A stretch of 64,000 nucleotides of DNA, from positions 470,456,001 through 470,520,000 of the forward strand of contig NC_091282.1 in assembly GCF_032444005.1 (NCBI RefSeq), written 5' to 3'. The number at the start of each line of letters is the position of its first letter. Position 1 is the stretch's first letter. The notes below the pieces were generated by a model. The model saw only the letters and a list, made by a program, of their open reading frames with translations. It was not told the origin of the DNA and ran no database searches. The DNA is from Ranitomeya imitator (taxonomy: Eukaryota). A program made the position numbers and the translations under genes. Positions 1 through 11,398 of the stretch are shown one piece after another.

Positions 1-609
1 GATATGTGTCTTATTGATACCTCTCCATTACTAAGTCGGCTTAATGTCACCTTACAATAAAAAAGGTAACATTAACCCCTTATTACCCAATATGTCACCA
101 CTACAGGGCAGTGGGAAGAGAGATGCTAAGTGACAGAATTGGCGTATCTTACAGATTGTTAGCCCAATAACCATGGTCCCTCTCTTGGCTATTAATATAT
201 GTCCTCAGTCTTTGGCTTTCCCTCTCTGGTGCAGAAAATTGCGCAGGAGCCTATGCCAGTTTTTTCCGTGAATACATTATTTTATTACATGCATACAGGT
301 CCCAAATGTTACACACTCATACTACTAACAGTATTAGACACTGACATATATAAATCTAACTGTTCTGCAATAGTTTACTGTATGTTAACCATGTCTCCTA
401 TCCTGTCAGCTTCGCAATTATTTCACAGAAGCCGACAAATGAATTACTGGCTTTTCTGCTATCCGTCTATGAAATATATATATACAGTACAGATCAAAAG
501 TTTGGACACACCTTTACATTTAAAGATTTTTCTGTATTTTCATGACTATGAAAATTGTACATTCACACTGAAGGCATCAGAACTATGAATTAACACATGT
601 GGAATTATA

Positions 610-2482
610 GCAACTGCAAAGAATTAGAAACCGCGCTTGAAAGGGGGGGTTAATAACTGGAAGGCAGATGTACGTAGTCTACATGAGCAAATGCTCAATA
701 GTAGAGAGGGGAAAATTAAATAATGATACATGTATACCTGGAAGAAAAGGTGATTACAGCAGGTAAAATACACGTGGCTGTGGAATAGAAGATAGAAGAT
801 CTGGTAGATAAAATATATGTTACACACTATCGTGCGGAATCCTGCAGGTAACACAAATATACAACTGTGAAATAGCGTCAATGGGTAAAAAACATGGACT
901 ATACCAAAACTAGTGTCTGAGCTCTAGGAGGCTACAACCGTGTAGCTGAGGCAGGGTCAGTAGAGAAACCACATAGTAAATGTGCATCAGGGTGACTGAT
1001 GCATAGACGTGAAACTCACCAAAAAGCAGGTGGAACGCTGACAGCGGGGAAAGGACAAGTGAGCTGCAGCAGAGGCGAGGCAGGTGCTTGTGGGCTGCAG
1101 ATGGAGGTGCACTACGCAGAGCCAGAGGAAGCCCCGGCCGGTGGCGTCTTTGGATGCGTGCACGAGGAGAAAAGATGGCCGACAAAGGTATCCAGCGTGT
1201 GACGTCACAAGGAGCTACGGAGGAATGCTGGGGCCAAAAAAAGCTATCAACGCGTTTAAAAGGAACAGCGTCCTTCTTCATCAGGGTTGCGTGTTCCCTG
1301 TTGCCCCGAGCTATTTACACCAGTACCCTGTCGATCACTGTCAGAATAGCCCGCCCATCTACCTAAATGTATGGACAGCTAATGTATAATAATGGGCACA
1401 GACAGAGGTGTGGTAATGTGAATAAATGAGCCACTGAACTAGGAAGGTGAATATGTGAAACCCTAAGGAGTGAATGAAGGTATAAAGGATGACAATAATA
1501 AGAAATGTGATAAACTCATGGCCATACCGCTATTAACAAACGCTGATGCCTGTAGCTGATGGGGAAATGTATAAAATGCGTACATCGGTATATGAACTGA
1601 TAAAAACAATATTTAATAAATAATACATTAAAAAAATTCTCCTAGGAGAATAGATAAAACCAATGTGAGAAACATACAATAGGAAAACCAAATAATAAAT
1701 GCGAGAAAAAAACAAACAAATTTGAATAAGAACGAGGCAGAGAAATTCCCGTAGAAATTTATTGTCCACGCCCTCGTGTGTACTAAACTACTAAGGGATG
1801 GGTACTATAACATATCCACACAGGACCACAGGATAAAATGTAATAAAATACAAAAATTTCAAAAAATTACCAAAAAATTACAAATATTAAAAGGTGTTTG
1901 TACACACCCACATAAATATAATACGCATGGAGAATGAGGGGAAAAGAAGAGAAAAGAGAAATATTGGACCTAAGTATCACACTCTTTTAAAAAGCATACA
2001 GCTCTAACCCGTGGTTGAGGCCCTTAGGTGCAAGGCAATCTAATGTAAAAATTCAGTTGGACTCTGCCCTAGACATAACCTGTACTAGATTGCCGCCCCT
2101 TATATTCGGGTGAATTCTTTGAATCCCACAAAAGCGAACCTCTTTAATAGATTTGTTATGCTTATCGCTAAAGTGCCGTGAAAGTGGATGGCCTGCAAAG
2201 CCTTTCTGAATGTAAGTCAGATGTTCCTTAATCCGCACCATAAGGGGCCTCTTCGTGCGGCCTACATAAAGTTTGTTACACAGGCGCTCAATAAAATATA
2301 TAACCTGGGTGGTATAACATGTGATTTTATCATTGATACTGAAGATGGTCATAGAATCAGAATCCGTAAATGTACGTTGACAGGTTTTTTTTGTAAAGGA
2401 AGTACTTCTACAACAGTAACACCTCCCGCAAGGGGCAAAACCTGGCCTACCATCCCTAAAGGAACTTGTAGGGTGTTTCTTC
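610..2482 (-). mobile_element. 5'-truncated Penelope-like retroelement (GIY-YIG C-terminus plus ~1.4 kb 3' region)
   Basis: GIY-YIG endonuclease remnant at the right end. Flanked by a 17-bp near-direct repeat ACACATGTGGAA(T/A)TATA at 593-609 and 2483-2499. Confidence 0.75.
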
Positions 2483-2484
2483 AC
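1987..2484 (-). pseudogene. GIY-YIG endonuclease domain of a Penelope-like element
   Basis: CGRCYCC, then VIYFIERLCNKLYVGRTKRPLMVRIKEH and HPLSRHF. After an in-frame TGA at 2053-2055 the frame continues IFTLDCLAPKGLN, the typical PLE C-terminus. Confidence 0.8.
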
Positions 2485-2793
2485 ACATGTGGAAATATAT
2501 ACTTAACAAAAAAGTGTGAAACAACTGAAATTATGTCTTATATTCTAGGTTCTTCCAAGTAGCCACCTTTTGCTTTGATGACTGCTTTGCACACTATTGG
2601 CATTCTCTTGATGATCTTCAAGAGATAGTCAGCGGGAATGGTTTTCACTTCACAGGTGTGCCCTGTCAGGTTTAATAAGTGGGATTTCTGGCCTTAAACA
2701 GTAAATGGGGTTGGGGCCATCAGTTGTGTTGTGCAGAAGTCTGGTGGATACATAGCTGATAGTCCTACTGAACACACTTTTAGAAATTGTATT

Positions 2794-3837
2794 ATGGCAA
2801 GAAAAAAGCAGCTAAGTAAAGAAAAATGAGTGGCCATCATTACTTTAAGAAATTAATTTCAGTCAGTTCAAAAAATTGGGAAAATTTTGAAAGTGTCCCC
2901 AAGTGCAGTGGCAAAAACCATCAATCGCTACAAAGAAACTGGCTCACATGAGGACTGCCCCAGGACAGGAAGACCAAGAGTCACCTCCGCATCTCAGGAT
3001 AAGTTTCTCCGAGTCACCAACCTCAGAAATCGCAGGTTAACAGCAGCTCAGAATAGAGACCAGGTCAGTGCTACACAGAGTTTTAGCAGCAGACACATCT
3101 TTACAACAACTGCTAAGAGGAGACTGTGCAGCAGGCTTTCATGGTAAAATAGCTGCTAGGAAACCACTGCTAAGGACAGGCAACAAGCAGAAGAGACTTG
3201 TTTGGGCTAAAGAACACAAGGAATGGACATTAGACCAGTGGAAATCTGTGCTTTGGTCTGATGAGTACAAATTTTAGATCTTTGGTTCCAATCACCGTGT
3301 CTTTGTGTGACGCAGAAAAGGTGAATGGATGGACTCTACATGCCTGGTTCCCACCGTGAAGCATGGAGGAGGACGTGTGATGGTGTGGGGGTGTTTTGCT
3401 GGTGACACTGTTTGGGATTTATTCAAAATTGAAGGCATATTGAACTAGCATGGCTACCACAGCATCTTGCAGCGGCATGCTATTTCATCCAGTTTGCGTT
3501 TAGTTGGACCATCATTTATTTTTCAACAGGACAATGACCCCAAACACACTTCCAGGCTGTGTAAAGGCTATTTGACCAAGAAGGAGAGTGATGGGGTGCT
3601 ATGCCAGATGACCTGTCCTCCACAGTCACCAGACCTGAATCCAATCGAGATGGTTTGGGGTGAGCTGGACGGCAGAGTGAAGGCAAAAGGGCCAATAAGT
3701 GCTAAGCATCTCTGGGAAGTCCGAGATTGAAGACCATTCCCGGTGACTACCTCTTGAAGCTCATCAAGAGAATGCCAAGAGTGTGCAAAGCAGTCATCAA
3801 AGCAAAAGGTGGCTACTTTGAAGAACCTAGAATATAA
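2794..3837 (+). pseudogene. Tc1 transposase pseudogene (stops and frameshifts)
   Basis: ORF fragments contain ETGSHEDCPRTGRPRVT, WKSVLWSDE, FQQDNDPKH and SPDLNPIE (Tc1 DDE motifs); ATG at 2794, natural stop at 3835-3837. Confidence 0.9.
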
Positions 3838-3994
3838 GACATAATTTCAGTTGTTTCACACTTTTTTGTTAATTATATAATTCCACATGTGTTAATTCAT
3901 AGTTTTGATGCCTTCAGTGTGAATGTACAATTTTCATAGTCATGAACATACAGAAAAATCCTTAAATCAGAAGGTGTGTCCAAACTTTTGGTCT

Positions 3995-3998
<4 letters not shown>

Positions 3999-4038
<40 letters not shown>
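3999..4038. repeat. (TA)n microsatellite at the Tc1 right end
   Basis: Pure TA run directly after the TIR. Confidence 0.95.
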
Positions 4039-4043
<5 letters not shown>

Positions 4044-4149
4044 CTATCCTATGTGTATATATGTAATCTATCTTTTATATTATGAACTGTCTGTGTGTTT
4101 TTTTTACATTAGTTGCATATGAAATGCTGGCTTTTCAAAGGATACCAGT

Positions 4150-6020
4150 GTGTAAAAATAGCACAGTACTCGCATGGTGCAAGTGCTGTGCGAGTGCTGT
4201 GTGATTTTTTCTCGCACCCATTGACCTCTATTGCGGGATGCGATCTGTTTTCTGATTACATTCACAGCATGCTGCAATTTTTTTCCAGCCTTATCATGAT
4301 CCAATCCGAGCTGGAAAAAAACGCAGATGAACACACAACCATAGATTAACATTGGCCCGAATTCAATCCGATTTTTTATCGGATGGAATTCATCTGATTT
4401 CATTGCAAGTGGGCATGAGTCCTAAGAAGGGAATTTAATTTAGAGAAGCCATCTTGCTGTAACACAGGATTGTCTTGTCTACAAGGCAGCTATTAGATTT
4501 TAGGGTAGACCACACCAAGCAAGACTTTTTTCCTTATCTTATAGGCAGCTTTTCTCATCAGTAGAGATGAGTGGATCATGCAAAATTCTAACTTACTTGT
4601 TTTTCTACAGAAATTTGATTCACAGAGAAGTTATTCTCCAAAAAATTAACATATTTTATTCTGCTCTGGGTTATCTATAGTACCCAGGGCATAACAAATA
4701 TAATATATGAAAAATACACTTGTGTCGGGCATCTGCACAGACCCCTCTTAGGCACCTTTACATATGAAAGTCTTGTACAAAGCAAGAGGTCGGAAGGTTC
4801 AGTTGCAAGAGAAGAGGTGATGCGGCAGGAGGACTGGAGATGAGTAGTGGAGTGGCTGAGGAAGAGAGTGATGAGGTGAGTATTATGATTTTTTATTTCT
4901 ATAACCTTTTGAAGGCTAATTATGGTTCATTCAGAAGTCTTCATTTTGCTGAATCCACGAGGAAGCGAATTACAAAAACATACCCATTTTAATGAACGCA
5001 AATTTTTTGAAAAATTTGATAAGAATTCAAGTACACTTCAATTCAATTGCTCATACCTACCAATCAGTTTTCACAAACAAATTGTGAAACAAATGGACTG
5101 TATTTTTCAAGACCCAAACTCGTATCCATTTTAGTCTATGGAGATGTTTACCTGTCCATTTTCTCAATGGAACATGGGGTGTTGAGAAAAATAGACACTA
5201 ATTTTAATCCAAGCCATGTATCAAACTCCCAAATGCAAACTTGGGCAAACACGGAGATGTCATCCATGTTGTCCATTTTGTTTTTGACTGTTTGATATGA
5301 GAAGGTTGAGAAACCTACATAGTGTTTTCTAAATATGAGAAAAACTGATGAACCTGATATGGTAAAAACTGACTCAATGGCTAAATTTTGATGAAAATCT
5401 TATTCAATACTTTTATGAAGCTCGTACCATTTTTTTAATGTAAGAAAAATCACTGATGTTTGAATGAGCCATAAGGCTGTGTTCACACAATGGATGCATA
5501 CAACAAATGATGTCTTGTACAAATCCATCTGATGCTCTATTAAATGCAAAACACACATTTCAATAAAGTCTCATGGATTCATTCATCCATCTCTTTTTGA
5601 AATAGATCTATATGTCCATTTTGTGAGATTGAGAGCATGTTCTATTCTGATCGATTTTATGAATTAGACCTAACCATTGTAGTCTAGGTGGATCACTTAA
5701 AACAGATGAAAAATTGAAAATATCCTTTTTTCTTTAGTTTTCTAATCATGTAAGAGTGAATGGATAAAATAATTCTCATGTAACGCCTTCAGTATTGAAA
5801 AGAGAATGAGAAAGAACAAAGGAATGTGGTTGTAAAACATGAAAGAAGAGGCCAAATGGTTGACAAGACAAAAACATAAATGCTTCTTTTTTGATGGATG
5901 TAAGAATGAATGTGGATATGATAATGTACTCTTAGAAATGTGGAGATCCTCTTTTGAGATTTAAACCCCTCCTGAACATCTGTACAGAGCATGTGTGTTG
6001 AGAATCTATAGAGACAGCCT
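4150..6020. repeat. Cluster of degenerate PIF/Harbinger-type MITE remnants
   Basis: Termini such as GGCTGTGTTCACAC (~5476) and TGAATGAGCC (~5470). The 4150-4410 segment shares motifs (CTCGCACCCAT, CCATAGATTAACATTGG) with the subterminal region of the Harbinger element at 54300-54470. Boundaries are approximate. Confidence 0.45.
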
Positions 6021-6227
6021 AGAAGTTGAGCATGTTGTATACACAGTTGGTTCTGGCTGTGTCATACAGCTAACTCTGCTTGCTAACCTCTGAAATGGCA
6101 TTGTCAATCATTGACAGCAGCTGTAAGAAGCACAATTCTGGTTTTTATTGGTGATCGAGATTTTGTATATAAACTATCTGTCTATAAATTGAACAAGTGA
6201 TCAAAGTTTTCAGGTTCAAATCCCATA

Positions 6228-6440
6228 ATGGAATTGCTTGCCTGAGGAGGTGGTGATGGCGAACTCAGTCAAGGGGTTCAAGAGAGGCCTGGATGTCTTC
6301 CTGGAGCAGAACAATATTGTATCATACAATTAGGTTCTGTAGAAGGACGTAGATCTGGGGATTTATTATGATGGAATATAGGCTGAACTGGATGGACAAA
6401 TGTCTTTTTTCGGCCTTACTAACTATGTTACTATGTTACT
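6228..6440 (+). mobile_element. CR1 LINE 3' end fragment
   Basis: Reads WNCLPEEVVMANSVKGFKRGLDVFLEQ (CR1 ORF2 C-terminus); the 3' UTR ends in tandem CTATGTTA octamer repeats. Confidence 0.8.
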
Positions 6441-6495
6441 TAAAAAGAGCAAAAAGAAAGTTTTCAAAAATATTAAACATCTAAAAAAATGCTTA

Positions 6496-7005
6496 CACTG
6501 TTCAAAAAAATAAAGGGAATACTTAAACAACAGAATATAAATCCAAGTAAATCAATCTTCTGTGAAATCAAACTGTCCACTTAGGAAGCAACACTGTTTG
6601 ACAATCAATTTCACATGCTGTTGTGCAAATAGAATAAACAACAGATGGAAATTGTTGGCAATTATCAAGACACACTCAATAAAGGAGTGGTTCTGCGGGT
6701 GGGGACCACAGACCACATCTCAGTACCAATGCTACCACACACACTACTGAGCATCATTTCCTTGTCTTGAGGCATTTCCACTGAAGTTGGATCAGCCTGT
6801 AACTTCATTTTCCACTTTGAGTTTGAGCATCATTCCAACTCCAGACCACTGTGGAATATTAGTTGTGATTGACCTTGATAATTTGTAGGTTTTATTGTTC
6901 TCCACACATTCCACTATGTAATGAATAAAGATTTACAACTGGAATATTTCATTCAGTGATATCTAGGATGGGATTTTAGAGTTCCCTTCATTTTTTTGAG
7001 CAGTG
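6496..7005. mobile_element. Non-autonomous Tc1-type element (510 bp)
   Basis: TA-flanked; inverted ends CACTGTTCAAAAAAATAAAGGGAA and TTCCCTTCATTTTTTTGAGCAGTG. Confidence 0.8.
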
Positions 7006-7103
7006 TATTTTTTTCCACAACATAGAACTAAAAATATAAAAAGGTAATTCATTAAAAATGTTATTTCCCTATCTCGATTTACCATTTTTTATTTTCATGC
7101 TTA

Positions 7104-8731
7104 CAGGCATGGCCTAATGTTTTGAAACCCTTGAAGTTATTCCAGAAAATTAAGTTTTTCTCACAGAAAATTATTGCAAACACACGTTTTGTTATATGCA
7201 TGCTTATTTCCTTTCTGTGTATTGGAACAAAGCAAAAACAAACAGAGAAAAGGCTAATTGGACATAATTTCACACGAAACCTCAAAAATGGGCCAGACAA
7301 AATTGTTTGCACCTTCCCAAAATTGTGGGTAAACAACTTTGTTTCAAGCTTTTGATGGTCGCTCAAACTCACTTGTGGCAAGTAGCAGGTGTAGGCAGTA
7401 TGAAAATCACATCGGAAGCTAAAAAAAGGAGACAAGCTGACTCAAACTTTTCATTGTGTGTCTGTGTGTGCCGCACTAAGCACGGAGAACAGAAAGAGAA
7501 GAAGACAACTGTCTAAGGGCTTGTGAACTAAATTGTTGAAAAATATCAGCAATCTCAAGGTTTCAAATCTTTCTCCAGAGATCTTGATGCTCCTTTGACC
7601 ATGGTGCGCAACATAATCAAGAAATTTACAACCCTTGGCACTGTAGCTAATCTCCCTTGGCATGGATGGCATAGAAAAACTGATTAAAGGTTGCAATGCA
7701 GGATAGTCCAAATTGTGGATAAGCAGCCCCAATCAAGCTCTAAATAAATTCAAACTGTATTGGAAGTGCAGAGTGCATCAACTATTCACTGACATTTGAA
7801 TGAAATGAAACGCTATGGCAGGAGACCAAGGAGGGTACCACTGCTGACACATAGATATGTAAAAAGAGATATATAAAAAGCTAGACTGCAGTTTGCCATA
7901 GTATAAGTGAGTCAGCCAAAATCATTAAAGAGTCTTGTGGACAGATGAGGCAAAGATAGAGCTTTTTTGGTAAAGCACATCATTGTACTGTGTACTGAAA
8001 ACTGAATGAAGTCTACAAAGAAAAGATCAGAGTACCTACTGTCAAATAGGATGTAGGTTCAAAGATGTTTTTGTTTTGTTTTGCTACTCTGGCACAGGGT
8101 GCCTTAACTGCTTGCAAGGCATCATTAAATCTGAAGATTGCCAAAGGATTTTGGGTTGCAGTGTAGTGCCCAGTGTCAGAAAGCTGGGTTTGCATCCTAG
8201 GTCATGGGTCTTCTAGCAAGATAATAACTCCAAACATACTTCACAAAGCAGCTAGAAATGGATGAAAACCAAGCACTGGAGAGTTCTTAAGTGGCCAGCA
8301 ATGAGTTCAGACATAAATCTCATTAAACAACTGTATAGAGATCTTAAAATTGAGGTTGCGAGAAGGCACCCTTCAAACATGAGATTCTTAGTACAGTTTG
8401 CAATAAAATAGTGGTTCAAAATTCAATTTGAGAGGTGTAAGAAGCATTTTGATCATTATATTAAGTGACTGATTGCAGTTATTTATTCCAAAGGAGGTGC
8501 AACCAAATATAAAGTTATGGGTGGTAACAATTTTGTCTGGTCCATTTTGGGGATTTTGTGTCAAATGATGTCCAATTTGCCTAATCTTTTTTTTTTGTTT
8601 TGTTCCAATACAGACAAAGGAAGTGAACATGTGTATAACAAACCATTTGTAATTGAAATAATAATTTTCTGGGAGAATTACTCCATTTTCTGGAACAACT
8701 TCAAGTGTGCCAACACTTTTGGCCATGATTG
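7104..8731 (+). mobile_element. Tc1/mariner transposon, heavily decayed
   Basis: TA-flanked imperfect TIRs (CAGGCATGGCC...TTGAAGTTATTCCAGAAAAT and inverse); fragmentary transposase-like sequence at ~7600-8500. Confidence 0.75.
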
Positions 8732-9001
8732 TATGTAACGGTGCTAATGAAAACTGCAGCTTGCGAAGCAAAACACAAGAAATCAAACAGCTCAAATATT
8801 GAAAAGCAAAAAAGTGACATTCTTCAGGAAACATTAAAACAAACCTCAAAGTTTTATGTTTTTACAAATTTCTGATTTTTTTTAACCACTGAAGAATACA
8901 GTAATCTTTAGATGTATACTTTCTCTATAATCATACCAGCCAGCAGAATCATAATATCAGGTGCAATTAATGTAGTTAAAACAAACCTAAAAAACTATGA
9001 C

Positions 9002-9776
9002 TAGTGTTGAGCATTCCGATACCGCAAGTATCGGGTATCGGCCGATACTTGCGGTATCGGAATTCCGATACCGAGATCCGATATTTTTGTGATATCGGGT
9101 ATCGGTATCGGAAGTGTAAAATAAAGAATTAAAATAAAAAATATTGTTATATTCACCTCTCCGGCGGCCCCTGGACATCAGCGGGAGGATCCGGCGTCCG
9201 GCACGGCTTCTTTCTTCAAAATGCGCGCCTTCAGGACCTGTGGAATGACGTCCCGGCTTCTGATTGGTCGCGTGCCGCCCATGTGACCGCCACGCGACCA
9301 ATCAGAAGCCGCGACGTCATTCCTCAGCTAAAGTCCTAGAATGAGCGCCTTTTAGGACCTGAGGAATGACGTCGCGGCTTCTGATTGGTCGCGTGGCGGT
9401 CACATGGGCGGCACGCGACCAATCAGAAGCCGGGACGTCATTCCACAGGTCCTGAAGGCGCGCATTTTGAAGAAAGAAGCCGTGCCGGACGCCGGATCCT
9501 CCCGCTGATGTCCAGGGGCCGCCGGAGAGGTGAATATAACAATATTTTTTATTTTAATTCTTTATTTTACACTTTAATATGGATCCCAGGGCCTGAAGGA
9601 GAGTTTCCTCTCCTTCAGACCCTGGGATCCATGAGGATACATTCCGATACTTGATGTCCCATTGACTTGTATTGGTATCGGATATCGGTATCGGCGATAT
9701 CCGATATTTTTCGGGTATCGGCCGATACTATCCGATACCGATACTTTCAAGTATCGGACGGTATCGCTCAACACTA
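9002..9776 (+). mobile_element. hAT-superfamily MITE with long internal palindrome
   Basis: TIR TAGTGTTGAGC / GCTCAACACTA; 8-bp TSD ACTATGAC at 8994-9001 and 9777-9784; internal inverted arms 9112-9327 and 9359-9574. Confidence 0.93.
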
Positions 9777-11398
9777 ACTATGACAGAAATTAAGTTTTTC
9801 TTACAATTTTACTGCAACTGGATTTTTTTCCCTGTGTTTCTGTACATGATATAGTAAAATTAATGATGTCAATGAAAACTATAACGCATTCAAAATATAT
9901 CCAACTTTTAATATAGCTTCTTTAGAAGGACAGCACAAATCACACCAGTTTATAGATCTCAGGTGCTTTCAAATTTTTATATATTATTTTTTTTCTTCTT
10001 TTGAGTATAGCAGCATGCACTGGGATATTAAAAAAAGCAAGATCATAAAGGAAGTAGGGAAAAAAATAAAAGAGTAGTTAGATAGTGTAGTTAGGGAAAG
10101 ATATGGAATTTCTAATGTAAGTGAATTAGAAAACAGTTTAGATTATGGCACTAAAAAGGAATTTAAAATGAAAATTAATTTGTGTTTTGTACCACCCCTT
10201 TAAGGATTGCATTAAATATGACTTAGACTATTCAGTTATGAATAGTGTTGAGCATTCCAATACTACAAATATCGGGTATTGGCCGATATTCGCGGTATCG
10301 GAATTCCGATACTGAGTTCCGATACTTTCTCAATATCGGATACCGGAATCGAAAGTTCCCCTAATGCAAATAGCCAGTTCCATTTAATTCAGCCAATAAA
10401 GAATCATTAGAAGTGTGGGCACATCCTGTTCTGCATGTTAGTCATGTAACTACTGGCGTGGCTGTGATTGGCTGTTGAAATGATGTCATCATGCACTATA
10501 AAAGTCGCCGTCGCCATTTTGGGTTCACTCTGCTGTGAATTCAGTTAGGGATAGGACACTGTGTTCTGACTGAGAGGGCCAGTTTGAGATAGCAATTTGT
10601 TTCATTGTGCTTTACCCAGGCTAATTTAGCAACCGATGTGTGAGAACCTTGTTTTTGCCTTACAGCGCTGTTCACGGCTGTCTGCAAGGTCTCTGCTTGT
10701 GTGAGTGAGGCTCACTCTGTAGTCTGTTCTGCAGCCACAGCCAGTTGTAGACAGCTCAGGGGGCATCAATGCCCTTTTTTGAATTAGTGCTGCCTGCTGC
10801 ACATTGTTCCAGATTTATCCTATTAGTGGGTTTCCATCCGTATTCTGCTAGATTGTGGAAAAACGCTATATAGGACTACATATAGGAGCTTTTTTGGGCC
10901 TTGCAGCGCCGTTCACAGCTGTCCGCAAGGTCTCTGTGTGAGTTCAGCTCATGCTGTAGTCTGTTCTGCAGCCACAGCTGGTTGTAGTCAGCTCAGCGTG
11001 CATCACTGACTCATACTTTTCCATCGTCCTTTTTTCAATTAGTTCTGTCTGCTGCACATTGTTCCAGACTTATCCTATTAGTGGGTTTCCATCCATATCC
11101 TGCAAGATAGTGGAAAAACACTATATAAGACTACATAGAGGAGCTTTTTTTGGCCTTGCAGCGCCGATCATGGCTGTCTGCAAGGTCTCTGTGAGACTTC
11201 AGGTCGCAAAAAAAAAAAAAACAGTTAATAAAGTTCACCAAACATTCCACTTTACAGTTGTGTAGGCCACATTAGCTCATATTAAATTCTAATCCACACT
11301 TTATAAAATTAGTGTTTCTTATATCTGTTAGCAGCTGTTCAGGAATAAGTACACTAAGCTCTTCGTACTTTTCTGCCTCTCTTTATCAGTCCACCAAG

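Larger units (their letters stand above)
485..4000 (+). mobile_element. Tc1/mariner DNA transposon, decayed, left TIR interrupted by a Penelope-like insertion
   Basis: Starts TA|CAGTACAGATCAAAAGTTTGGACACACC at 485; matching inverted end ...GGTGTGTCCAAACTTTTGGTCTGTACT at ~3973-4000. The long TIR is split at 610-2482 and resumes at ~2483. Confidence 0.9.

Noticed and set aside
8987-9654. Identical peptides MVAWRSHGRH... on both strands
   Set aside because: Artefact of the MITE's perfect inverted repeat, not a gene pair.
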